Shown here: positions 17,377 through 26,181 of the stretch, piece after piece
How positions within the stretch are numbered: the first letter of the stretch is position 1
Layout: each line of letters opens with the position of its first letter
NCBI GenBank assembly: GCA_003568775.1
Contig: MWMI01000002.1
Coordinates: 67,161 to 99,160 of the forward strand
From: Candidatus Nanoclepta minutus
Lineage (GTDB): Archaea; Nanobdellota; Nanobdellia; Nanobdellales; Nanobdellaceae
DNA length: 32,000 nt
Reading direction: 5' to 3'
The notes under the pieces: model-generated
What the model was told of the DNA's origin: nothing
The model's database searches: none
What the model saw: only the letters and a program-made list of their open reading frames with translations
Position numbers and translations under genes: made by a program

Positions 17377-19648
17377 ACCTATCCAACCTTACTACAGTTC
17401 CACTCATCTTTTCCTTAAATAGCTCATCATGCGTACATAAAATTATCTGATAACCTTCTAAGGAATCTAAGAGTTCTGCCAATGAAAACCTAACGTTTTC
17501 GTCTAAAGATTCCGTAGGTTCATCTAGCATGAGAACCTTAAAGTTGGGATTTATGATCGATGCTAGGGATAACCTCAAGGCTAAGTCTAATATTTTGGTC
17601 TGACCTCCACTTAGACCAGCCTCCCCAACATTCTTGTATATTATTTTGCCATCAACGTTCTTAGCTACAACTATATCGAATATCCTTTCCCTATTTCTTC
17701 CATACTTTAAGTCTATCCTTACATCTATTATATCTTCATACCTATACAATCTCCTAAAATGCCTCCTAAACTCTTCGGATAGCCTTACTGTCTTACTCTG
17801 CCTAAGTTTTTCTATAAATCTAGTTAAACCGATTTGTAGACTATTTAATAAACTTATATTCTTCCTAATCTTTCTTATCTTTTCATTTAATGAGTTATAC
17901 TTATCTAACTTTTCTAAATAAATCTTGTATAGTTCAGGTTTAAAGTTCTCATATTTCTTTAGCTCTTCGTCTAATTTCTTAATCTCATTCTCTAAATCAT
18001 ACAGAGATCTAAATCCTAACTCTTCCATAATCTTATTGTATCTATCTAAATTCTTCTTCATTATATCTATTGAAGATATTTTCTTCATTATTTCTTTCAT
18101 TTCTGTAGATAAATTATTTAACTCCTCTGAAATCTTAGAAATTGCATTATCTATATCCTTTAGTTTTAAATAACTTATAGAGCCATTTATTATTTCATAT
18201 TCATCCATCAACTTAAGTTTTCCTCTTATAACTTCAATTTCACTATTTATTTTATTTAGTTCATCTTCTAACTTATCTATAGGTATATTATATTCCAATA
18301 GTTTTTCATTGATATACTTGTATCTAATATATTTCTGCTCCATTTCCTTTATCTCCTGTCTCTTCTTCAACAGATCCGATTCTATATTTTTTATATCTTC
18401 ATTAAGTTTGTTCATTTCTCTCCTATATTCATCAAGTAGAGCATTAACTTCTTCTTGATTAAGGGGTTTTCTACAAACTGGACAATTCTTCTCCTTAGAA
18501 CCCTCCAAGATTTCTATTATTTTCATTATATTCTTAACTTTATTCTTCTCTTCTGCTAATCTATTATTTATTTCCTCTATATCATTCTTAATATTATTAT
18601 ATTTCTCTTCTACACCAACTAAACCAATAAATTCTTTTATTAAATTACTTTTTTCCGTTAAATTATTTAATTTAACCAACAAATCTGCTCTATCTAAATC
18701 TTTTATTTTCTCTTCTATATCCTTTAGCATTTTCTCAAGCTCTTCAATACTTTTCTTAATAAAATCTTCCGAATATTTGTTATATTTAAGGTTATTCTTC
18801 TCAGATTTCAGTGTAAGTAACTTCTGATTTAAGATATTATACTTCTCCTCCATTTCCTTATACCTATCTGATAGGAACCTCTCTTGAGAGATCAACTTAC
18901 TATCTATAGAGGAATAAAGTATCTTCGCATCCCTATACTTCTCATACAATTCCTCCCTCCTCTTTTTGATTGATGTATATTCCTTATAAACCTTATCTAA
19001 ATCCTCTACCTTCATTCCCCCAAATATATTGCTGAACTCTTCTATATCTCTAGATAAACTATATTTTTCTCTCTCTAGATATTCTAATTCTTTATTTAAA
19101 TCCCTTATCAATCCCTGTACAATATCTAAATAGTTCGAATATGTCTTTATATCAAACAACTCTTCCAATATATTTGTAAGACCTGATTTTCCAGACAAGC
19201 TAATGAACCTCCCCAAATCACCCTGTCTTATATACAGAACATTGAGTATCTTATTTATATTATCTATCCTAAGTAGTTCCTTTATCTTCTTGTTCACCTG
19301 ATCACTACCGGACGATATAACTTTACCCCCCTCCTCTATAACTGCCTTGCTATCCCCAGAAGATGAGATAGTCCTTAGGATAGAATACCTCCTCCCATCT
19401 TTGTCCTCTATTTCTAATATTAACTTTGCAGATGGAGATAGATGTCTAATCAAAGAGCTTGATTCGTTAACTCCAACCCAGGATAAACTATCCCTTTCAA
19501 ATCCAAACAATGAAACAATTATAGCATGGAATATAGAAGACTTCCCAGTACCATTTTCCCCTATTATTAAGTTTTTCTTATAGTCAAAAAATAACTCTCT
19601 CTTCTTATGTCCCTTGAAGTTCTCCAAATATAATCTTACTATCCTCAT
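17369..19648 (-). CDS. rad50: Rad50 DNA double-strand-break repair ATPase
   Basis: 759 aa. Walker A GENGTGKSS, a long coiled coil with a central CPVC zinc hook, signature LSGGQ, and Walker B VLMLDEPT. Confidence 0.92.
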   Translation of the reverse strand: MRIVRLYLENFKGHKKRELFFDYKKNLIIGENGTGKSSIFHAIIVSLFGFERDSLSWVGVNESSSLIRHLSPSAKLILEIEDKDGRRYSILRTISSSGDSKAVIEEGGKVISSGSDQVNKKIKELLRIDNINKILNVLYIRQGDLGRFISLSGKSGLTNILEELFDIKTYSNYLDIVQGLIRDLNKELEYLEREKYSLSRDIEEFSNIFGGMKVEDLDKVYKEYTSIKKRREELYEKYRDAKILYSSIDSKLISQERFLSDRYKEMEEKYNILNQKLLTLKSEKNNLKYNKYSEDFIKKSIEELEKMLKDIEEKIKDLDRADLLVKLNNLTEKSNLIKEFIGLVGVEEKYNNIKNDIEEINNRLAEEKNKVKNIMKIIEILEGSKEKNCPVCRKPLNQEEVNALLDEYRREMNKLNEDIKNIESDLLKKRQEIKEMEQKYIRYKYINEKLLEYNIPIDKLEDELNKINSEIEVIRGKLKLMDEYEIINGSISYLKLKDIDNAISKISEELNNLSTEMKEIMKKISSIDIMKKNLDRYNKIMEELGFRSLYDLENEIKKLDEELKKYENFKPELYKIYLEKLDKYNSLNEKIRKIRKNISLLNSLQIGLTRFIEKLRQSKTVRLSEEFRRHFRRLYRYEDIIDVRIDLKYGRNRERIFDIVVAKNVDGKIIYKNVGEAGLSGGQTKILDLALRLSLASIINPNFKVLMLDEPTESLDENVRFSLAELLDSLEGYQIILCTHDELFKEKMSGTVVRLDRST

Positions 19649-20790
19649 ACTAGTTCTTTAAACATCAAATCCCTTATCCTCTCAATATTCCTGCCTTCCT
19701 CATCAGAATACTCTTCATAGAAATACTTTAACTTCTGTAAAATCTCCATAATAGACTTCTTATCTTCATCTGATACTAAAAGCTGTGATAGTACATCCTC
19801 AAAGATCAAATTATCCTCCTTTATCACTATCTCTTCTTCAATATCCGAGGGATAATATTCGTCAATTATCAGGTATCCACTGGAAATTAAACTATCGATG
19901 GATCTCCTAATAGAATCGTAAAGGTCTCTCCTATACCTTACCCTAACCTTTATTAGGCTTTCCTTCGATTTTTTATAAACTTCCTCATATAGTTCGTTTA
20001 TATCCCCCTCCTTCTCTATATGCTTCTCTATTATTGAGACCTTCCTAGCCCCTGTAGGTATGAACTTATAGTTAGAATCCTCAAAGTAAAAGAAACCTTT
20101 CTCAAACTTTTCTTCGATCGGAGATATTTCTGTCCTTTCCGTTGATCCTGGCAAAGAAAAGATCTTTTCATCTATCTTTGTAATAAAACTATTGTGGAAA
20201 TGTCCAAATGCATAAAAATCTACATCAGGGAATTTATCCTGTCCTATTATCCTAGGCTCCTTAGAATATTTCTCCAATAATCCTTCTGGAACGACGTTAG
20301 ATACACCATGGAATAATAGGATAGAATATCCCGTCTTGTCAACCTTCATTTCCTTCAAGATCTTTTCATATATAAATTTAAGCTCATCCCCCGATAAGTT
20401 TGATGGTTCAGATATACCATAAATATAGAAATCCTTAATAACTATGGGCTCCCTCTCATTTGCTTCTATAATGAGACCTAACTTCTTCAATATCTCAACT
20501 GTATTCTGCTTTTGTCCCTTATTATCATGATTTCCCTTAATGAATATGAAAGGTATACCCTTCTCCTTCAACTTAAAGAGGATATCTAAGATATCCAATA
20601 TATATCTAGAAGAAATCCTGAAATAGTCATCAAGGAAATCACCAGAATGAATTATAAAATCTACATTTTCCTTAATCGCAAAATCTACAACCTTCTTAAA
20701 TGCCTCCAAAAAATCCCTCTTTCTTATTTCCCTATAAGTTACTGGAACTTCACACCCCAGATGAGTATCAGATACATGTATAAACTTCAT
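19645..20790 (-). CDS. mre11: Mre11 nuclease
   Basis: 381 aa. Phosphoesterase motifs HVSDTHLG, HSGDFLDD, GNHD, LFHG and GHFH. It overlaps rad50 by 4 nt. Confidence 0.92.
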   Translation of the reverse strand: MKFIHVSDTHLGCEVPVTYREIRKRDFLEAFKKVVDFAIKENVDFIIHSGDFLDDYFRISSRYILDILDILFKLKEKGIPFIFIKGNHDNKGQKQNTVEILKKLGLIIEANEREPIVIKDFYIYGISEPSNLSGDELKFIYEKILKEMKVDKTGYSILLFHGVSNVVPEGLLEKYSKEPRIIGQDKFPDVDFYAFGHFHNSFITKIDEKIFSLPGSTERTEISPIEEKFEKGFFYFEDSNYKFIPTGARKVSIIEKHIEKEGDINELYEEVYKKSKESLIKVRVRYRRDLYDSIRRSIDSLISSGYLIIDEYYPSDIEEEIVIKEDNLIFEDVLSQLLVSDEDKKSIMEILQKLKYFYEEYSDEEGRNIERIRDLMFKELV

Positions 20791-20810
20791 ACTAATTTTT
20801 ACCTAAAAAA

Positions 20811-21257
20811 CTATAAATTACTTACTTCCTTGAGGTATCTCTCAAAAAAATCCCTAACTTTCTCCTTATCCTTCCCATATCCATCTATACTTATCTTCAA
20901 ATGGAAGACATCGTCTCCGTATAAAGGAAAGACTTTGTCTTTTTCCAATAAATAACTCTTATCTAGTCTTACGTATATATTGTAGTCTTCATCAAAATTC
21001 ATTTCATCCAAGAACCTATCAATATCCAAACCCCTCTTTATGAGATTTCTAAAGAAAGTATGAATATGTTCCTTCTTCTTTATCTTTACGGATATGTAGA
21101 TTAGATTTGAACTTACTATACCCTCTCCTCTATTTTCTATTATATCTACCTTCTCTTTATCTATACCTTCTAATAAATCAAGGACTTTTTCCTTAATTTT
21201 ATTATAATCCTCTCCTTCATGTACTATCACGCTGAGTTTTACTTCAGATACTCTCAT
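20811..21257 (-). CDS. hypothetical protein, possibly DUF54/COG1325-type RNA-binding protein (tentative)
   Basis: 148 aa. N-terminal KLSVIVHEGEDYNKIKEKVLDLL resembles my recollection of the DUF54 start pattern (h.h.vHatEDeeKV..al). Lies 20 nt upstream of mre11 on the same strand. Confidence 0.35.
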   Translation of the reverse strand: MRVSEVKLSVIVHEGEDYNKIKEKVLDLLEGIDKEKVDIIENRGEGIVSSNLIYISVKIKKKEHIHTFFRNLIKRGLDIDRFLDEMNFDEDYNIYVRLDKSYLLEKDKVFPLYGDDVFHLKISIDGYGKDKEKVRDFFERYLKEVSNL

Positions 21258-21360
21258 AATATCAGAATTACTTACATCTTTTTTAAGAAAAACATCCCTG
21301 ACTTTATCAGATAAACTTATAGAAAAATGTTATTTAATTTTATAAAAGATAATATTATTT

Positions 21361-21792
21361 ATGAAGGGACAAGGCTTACCTTTTAGTACCATTGTCCTAG
21401 CAATAATATCCGTACTGATTCTAGTCTTAATAGTATTTTTTGTAACTGGAGGTTTTAGCAGGATATTTCCAGCAACAACACAATATATAGTAACCGATAT
21501 ACAAACTGCAAGGACAAAATGTCAGCAACTTCTAGCAGATGCTCAGCTAAGACTTAGTGCCTCTACAAATCCTAATAGCGATTTTAAACAAACAGAGTAT
21601 TGTAAAGTTCAATTTAACATAAGTAGCATAAGTAAAGAGGCTTTAAAATGCTTCTCCCCAGAGATCGGGGTATATGCAAACTTCCGTATTACCACACTAT
21701 TCGGAGAAGTTTACCGTTGTTACACAATACCATCATCAAAAACAACTGAAGGCTGTACATGTGAGAAGGAAGTGGAGGATCACCTACCTTAA
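21361..21792 (+). CDS. Cys-rich protein with a class III (prepilin-like) signal peptide
   Basis: 143 aa. MKG|QGLPFSTIVLAIISVLILVLIVFFV has a short basic N-terminus, a small residue, then a hydrophobic stretch of about 20 aa. Six Cys in the mature part. Confidence 0.55.
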   Translation: MKGQGLPFSTIVLAIISVLILVLIVFFVTGGFSRIFPATTQYIVTDIQTARTKCQQLLADAQLRLSASTNPNSDFKQTEYCKVQFNISSISKEALKCFSPEIGVYANFRITTLFGEVYRCYTIPSSKTTEGCTCEKEVEDHLP

Positions 21793-21870
21793 GCGGATCA
21801 AATACCCAACCAGGCAGATCATCTCCCGCAAACCCGGCTACATAACCGTCCGCCATCGACAAGTTCCTAA
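21793..21870. other. GC-rich island (42/78 G+C by hand count), strongly C-skewed on the plus strand; candidate structured RNA on the minus strand or a read-through tail
   Basis: Composition contrasts sharply with the roughly 30% background. The segment is in frame with the upstream ORF through a TAA, and a TTTATAA box lies on the minus strand about 24 nt upstream of the G-rich start. Confidence 0.25.
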
Positions 21871-21900
21871 GGTTATAAAGGCTCTATCAAAATATTTTTT

Positions 21901-22593
21901 ATGATTCCTCTTTCTCAAAAAAAGAGAGAGATAGCAGACATCTTAGGCCTATCTTTAAAAGAACTGGATGATTTAGTAAAACAAAAAATAAATGAATATT
22001 ATGGATATATAGATGATAACACAGCTCTAATGATAATCTTGAAGGAGAACAACTTAGATCCTTCAATTTTGTTAAAAGTTAAAATTTCTGATTTAAGTTA
22101 TAGGATGAAAGTAAAAAGGATATTTGTAAAAATTGGAAAAGTCCTAATAAAAAAAGAAAATCTGCTTATTCTTGAAGTATACGATAGTACCGGAAAAGTA
22201 AAACTAATATTTAAAGGTAACTATAGGAAAATAGAGGACTTGCTAAAGGAAGGAAATGTTGTAGAGATAAGAAATGCAATAGTACTAAAAAACTTGACCT
22301 TAGCACTATTTATAAACAACGACATACTAGTAAGGGAAGTTAAGGATGAAAAAGTTTTAGAAGAATTTGAAAAGTTAGATTATGAAGGTTTAAGATATGT
22401 AACGGAATTCATCTGCAAAGTACTGGATAGAAAAGAGGATTCATATGAAGTTCTAACTGAAAGCTTTAATAGGATATATATTAAGACTAATGAGAGATTG
22501 GAAATAGGAAAAAATTACATAATAAAATGCTACCTAACCAAACCCTTAACCCTCATTAACTATAAGTTACTTGAATCCTATGATCTTAGCTAA
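21901..22593 (+). CDS. OB-fold ssDNA-binding protein, RPA/SSB-like (tentative)
   Basis: 230 aa. The N-terminal helical segment ending ...DDNTALMIILKENNLD resembles the conserved N-terminus of archaeal RPA-type proteins (...EEGAAxLVAKELGV), followed by a beta-rich region. Confidence 0.45.
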   Translation: MIPLSQKKREIADILGLSLKELDDLVKQKINEYYGYIDDNTALMIILKENNLDPSILLKVKISDLSYRMKVKRIFVKIGKVLIKKENLLILEVYDSTGKVKLIFKGNYRKIEDLLKEGNVVEIRNAIVLKNLTLALFINNDILVREVKDEKVLEEFEKLDYEGLRYVTEFICKVLDRKEDSYEVLTESFNRIYIKTNERLEIGKNYIIKCYLTKPLTLINYKLLESYDLS

Positions 22594-24405
22594 TTCTTCA
22601 GGTGAGTAATAATATAACCTCAAATACTCTGCAATCCTCCTATAATTCCTTATCCTATTGTTGTATAAATACTCCAAAACCTTTATCTTAAAGTCTAGGT
22701 TTGCCTTAAGCTCTTCAAAAGTCATATTATGGAACTCTGCAATTTTCTTTAGTTTATAACTATCATACAAAACGAATCCATCCGTTTTAGGATCCCAACT
22801 AGAAACCATGGTCTTTAACACTTTAGCTCTCTTATGATCATACCTTATAATTTCGTATATCTTATCTATCCTTCTAACGTATTTTCCCTTATATCTTGCC
22901 CTCCTAAGGAAAACCACCGCATCTAGGATCTCAATTAAGAATGGAGGTAAACTTATAGGTGGAGAAATTAACCTATCTACCAAACCTTCAAAGCTTTCAG
23001 CATGAATGGTACCCATACCAGCATGACCTGTAGCCATTGCCTGGAAGAGTATGAAGGCTTCCTGTCCTCTAACTTCTCCAACTATTATATAATCTGGTCT
23101 TTGCCTTAAAGATGCTTTTAATAGATCGTATAATGTTACCTCACCATACCTCTGCGGACCGAAACCTGGCCTAGCTACTTCCTGCAGCCAGTTAGGATGA
23201 GGTAACATAAGCTCTGGAGTATCCTCAATTGAAACTATCTTTTTCTCTGGCTTTATAAAAAGAGAAATAGCGTTCAATAGTGATGTCTTACCAGATGCTG
23301 TACCACCCGCTACCAATACCGATTTCTCTTCCTCAATTAAGGTCCATAGGTAAGCTAATATCCTAAAATCTGCAGTACCATAATTCAATAGATCTATAGG
23401 GGTAAAAGGATCCTGTGTGAACTTTCTTACTGTAAAAGAAGATCCTTTCCTCGATATCTCTTTTCCATAGGTTATCTGGACTCTTGAACCATCTGGCAAT
23501 GCTGCATCTAGTAATGGAGAAGCTATAGATATATATCTTCCAGTCCTTATTGCTAATTTTATAACAAAATTATCCAATTCTTCCTCGTCTTCGAAAGTAA
23601 TATTAGTCTTTATCTCCCCAATCAACGGGTTCCTATGGAATATAAATATAGGTATATTAACACCGTTGCAGGAGATATCCTCTATATAAATATCCCTCAT
23701 CAGTACATCTATCTTACCATAACCGATAGTATCCCTCAAGATATAGTATAAGATATATGGCTCTGCTTCCTTCCTTACATTTATCCTTCTAAGCTTCCAT
23801 ATTTCTCTAGATTTCTTTATTATATAATTCCTCACAAATTCCTTATCTCTAACTTCTAGGTACGGAATATCTATTTTTCTCTCTATTTCCTTTAAAGTTA
23901 AAGATACTATTTCCCTTTCCTTTTCTTCAAGCCTGGGCTCGATTACACTATATATGAATTCTCTATTTTCAGGATCCCAGTCTATTCTGGCTTTTGCCAT
24001 CTCATATATTCTTCCATCTATTTCCTCTTTTGTAACAACATATTCCATCTCTACATCTTTTCCACCCTTTCCGTATAGATAGAGGAAGAACTTCAGTTTT
24101 TCCTCATCCGATATACCTCTCTCCTTTATAGAACTCAAAGGAAATGCACCTTTTACCCTTTTTTTCTTCTTTTTTTTCTTAGGAATTACAGTACTAATTG
24201 TAAGATTCTGAATAGTTGGAAAGACAGGTACTATAGCTTGAGGGGGATAGTATAACTGTTTATTGCTTAAGTTTTCGACTGGTTTTACTTCTATAGCTTC
24301 CTTTTTCTCCTTACCACGGAGTTTATTTAACTTTTTTCTAATAATGAACTTTCTTTTTTCCTTTTCTGCCAATCTCCTAATAATAAGGTCTATAAAATCT
24401 TCCAT
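22567..24405 (-). CDS. type IV pilus/archaellum-family secretion ATPase (FlaI/PilB/VirB11 superfamily) with a basic N-terminal extension of about 115 aa
   Basis: 612 aa. Walker A VAGGTASGKTS, Asp box, Walker B PDYIIVGEVRG, His box ATGHAGMGTIHA. The N-terminal extension contains KKKKKKKR. Confidence 0.9.
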   Translation of the reverse strand: MEDFIDLIIRRLAEKEKRKFIIRKKLNKLRGKEKKEAIEVKPVENLSNKQLYYPPQAIVPVFPTIQNLTISTVIPKKKKKKKRVKGAFPLSSIKERGISDEEKLKFFLYLYGKGGKDVEMEYVVTKEEIDGRIYEMAKARIDWDPENREFIYSVIEPRLEEKEREIVSLTLKEIERKIDIPYLEVRDKEFVRNYIIKKSREIWKLRRINVRKEAEPYILYYILRDTIGYGKIDVLMRDIYIEDISCNGVNIPIFIFHRNPLIGEIKTNITFEDEEELDNFVIKLAIRTGRYISIASPLLDAALPDGSRVQITYGKEISRKGSSFTVRKFTQDPFTPIDLLNYGTADFRILAYLWTLIEEEKSVLVAGGTASGKTSLLNAISLFIKPEKKIVSIEDTPELMLPHPNWLQEVARPGFGPQRYGEVTLYDLLKASLRQRPDYIIVGEVRGQEAFILFQAMATGHAGMGTIHAESFEGLVDRLISPPISLPPFLIEILDAVVFLRRARYKGKYVRRIDKIYEIIRYDHKRAKVLKTMVSSWDPKTDGFVLYDSYKLKKIAEFHNMTFEELKANLDFKIKVLEYLYNNRIRNYRRIAEYLRLYYYSPEELAKIIGFK

Positions 24406-24450
24406 ATAATAAATTTTAGTTTATTTCTACAATTAAAAACTTTTGAGAGA

Positions 24451-24834
24451 CTATGGATAGAAAGTTAGATTGCTCGGGTAACTATATAAAAAGAAACTAC
24501 CTGTAGAAGTTAAATATGTATACTTTGAGAAAGGTCCCTCTGATAAGTTCAGAAAGTTTACCTTACTTCCAAAGGTAACATAGACTATATCCCCTTTAAC
24601 ATCTATATAACCAATTCCAACTATCCTCGGTTCAGAAACTACGTAGCAATACATCCTACCCAAGTATAGATTACCTAAGGCTATGCAGAAAACTACGTTG
24701 TTCCTAATATAGTTCCCTAGCAGAGTGTCCGAATAAAGATAAAGAGGAAAATTAGAAAATAGATTAGTTAAAAAGTAATATACAAAAAATAAGATCAAAG
24801 TTATTAATACTATCTCTAACGCTCTAGATGGCAT
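24451..24834 (-). CDS. small prepilin-like protein (class III signal peptide)
   Basis: 127 aa. MPSRA|LEIVLITLILFFVYYFL, with NxS/T sequons. Its start directly abuts the stop of the upstream gene (TAGATG). Confidence 0.5.
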   Translation of the reverse strand: MPSRALEIVLITLILFFVYYFLTNLFSNFPLYLYSDTLLGNYIRNNVVFCIALGNLYLGRMYCYVVSEPRIVGIGYIDVKGDIVYVTFGSKVNFLNLSEGPFSKYTYLTSTGSFFLYSYPSNLTFYP

Positions 24835-25662
24835 CTATGATGATATACTAATATCTACATATATCTCCCTTACAAGGTTATTACTACATACAGTAGAATT
24901 ATATGAGTTATCATAATATCTCCTATATGAAATAACTACTGGTATTTTTGTGGTTATCTGTGTAGCTGAAACACCATATGGAGATAACCTTATCCAAAAA
25001 CACTGACCGTTTTCCATGTTCACTATGGGTCTACAAGTTATCTCATATGATACCTCTCCACCAAGCTGAAGGGCATTTATGATACAGGGAGGAGATGTTC
25101 TATAATAGCCTGTCGGGTATCTAGGTAAGAACCTTAAATGAGTTCCGTTATAGATTATATCGAACACGTAATCCGATGTTATAACGTTATTTAAATTTCC
25201 TAAAGGAAGATCTACACTCTTATTAGATATTTCATCGATTATTCTAAAGCTTCCTGTACTTATAGTAATGTTTATATGGCTTCTATCACTACATAACTTT
25301 CCTGAATATGAAATGGTAAAGGTATCATTTGGACAGTATGTATACTCATCATAGTTCACAGGAACTTTTACTATTGAAGAATAATATTGTATCGGTATTT
25401 TTATTCTAAGTTGAATTAAATCTGGATCTATCTCAAAATAAGAGTTCTGTATATCTAACTGAAATGTTGATACTCCAAAATCTAAGGCTGTTTTTGAGAT
25501 CCTATCTGCAAAATCCGATAACTTTGATTCTACAGAAGATAATGTATTCCTAACATAGGACTTCTGTACCAGGGGAACAACATAGTTATACACGGTCAAG
25601 GCAACTCCCAAAACTACTGCACCTAAGAGAACGTACCCAACAATTTGCTCTTGAGATCTCAT
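24835..25662 (-). CDS. large prepilin-like / pilus-associated extracellular protein
   Basis: 275 aa. MRS|QEQIVGYVLLGAVVLGVALTVY N-terminus, six Cys, five NxS/T sequons. Confidence 0.5.
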   Translation of the reverse strand: MRSQEQIVGYVLLGAVVLGVALTVYNYVVPLVQKSYVRNTLSSVESKLSDFADRISKTALDFGVSTFQLDIQNSYFEIDPDLIQLRIKIPIQYYSSIVKVPVNYDEYTYCPNDTFTISYSGKLCSDRSHINITISTGSFRIIDEISNKSVDLPLGNLNNVITSDYVFDIIYNGTHLRFLPRYPTGYYRTSPPCIINALQLGGEVSYEITCRPIVNMENGQCFWIRLSPYGVSATQITTKIPVVISYRRYYDNSYNSTVCSNNLVREIYVDISISS

Positions 25663-25695
25663 ATAATTACATAAAATTAAAAAATTAATAAGTTT

Positions 25696-25701
25696 AAAAA
25701 A
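25696..25701 (-). terminator. oligo-T tract (T6 on the minus strand) directly after the pilin A stop codon
   Basis: Plus-strand AAAAAA abuts the TAG stop (complement of 25702..25704). Archaeal termination typically occurs at oligo-T. Confidence 0.35.
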
Positions 25702-26181
25702 CTACGTAAACGTAACCTCTTTTGCCACAGCACCCATAGTAACTCTCAATACGTAATAGTTTAGTGTAATATTACCCACATTAGAGCAGGTAAAATTAAC
25801 TATTGTAGAAGATCCTACATTCAAAGTTCCTGATAAAGTAGTGTTTGTTGTACAAATGCTCTGCTTCCATACACCTACTTCAGGTGCAGTCCTATTATAA
25901 ACCGATACTGAAGCGTTTACCTGTGTTTTACTAAAATCTATATTAACAGAACCTGTATTCCTTATACTAACAGTAAAAATAAGATCAGAACCTGAAGGAG
26001 TGGTTCCAACAGGTGCTACGGAGAAATCGAACGCTGTTGATTGAAGTATTTGCTGTCCAGTTTGAGCAGTTAGCTGTGTTAACATACCACTCATCCATGT
26101 ATACATCAATGCAGCTATACCTACTGTCATGATGATTAAAAGTATTGTTGCAATAATCGGTGAAACTGATCTTTTCATCAT
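25702..26181 (-). CDS. archaeal type IV pilin (Pilin_N-type N-terminus), paralog A
   Basis: 159 aa. MMKRS|VSPIIATILLIIMTVGIAAL matches the archaeal pilin N-terminal pattern R(A/G/S)VSPVIxxILxxAITV. Two conserved Cys and several NxS/T sequons. Confidence 0.8.
   Translation of the reverse strand: MMKRSVSPIIATILLIIMTVGIAALMYTWMSGMLTQLTAQTGQQILQSTAFDFSVAPVGTTPSGSDLIFTVSIRNTGSVNIDFSKTQVNASVSVYNRTAPEVGVWKQSICTTNTTLSGTLNVGSSTIVNFTCSNVGNITLNYYVLRVTMGAVAKEVTFT
26011..26181 (-). repeat. direct repeat copy 1 (171 nt, 5' end of pilin A)
   Basis: Codons 1-57 encode the same amino acids as 26478..26648. By eye there are about 6-7 nucleotide differences, and all are synonymous. Confidence 0.9.

Noticed and set aside
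17634-19583. Antisense ORFs from the track inside rad50 (17634..17921, 17925..18173, 19347..19583). Similar ones lie inside herA (11464.., 11713.., 11974..), mtaB (3214..), rtcA (6284..), the thermosome (27574..), xpd (15588.., 16704..), mre11 (20647..) and elsewhere (2522.., 4753.., 12357.., 13804.., 30870..).
   Set aside because: All lie opposite, or out of frame in, strongly supported genes. They have low-complexity Ser/Leu/Ile/Phe-rich translations typical of the antisense frame of K/E-rich AT-rich genes, and no motifs were recognised.
21733-21738. UGAUGA (box C-like) on the minus strand next to a T5 run, near the GC-rich island.
   Set aside because: No CUGA box D lies within about 70 nt downstream on that strand. 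The hexamer is explained by Ser-Ser codons (TCA TCA) of the plus-strand ORF.
21674-21904. A 76-aa, very basic ORF overlapping the end of the pilin-like gene and the GC-rich island.
   Set aside because: It is an out-of-frame overlap with a better-supported ORF. The composition looks like an alternative-frame artefact of the C-rich segment, there is no recognisable family, and no separate promoter is evident.
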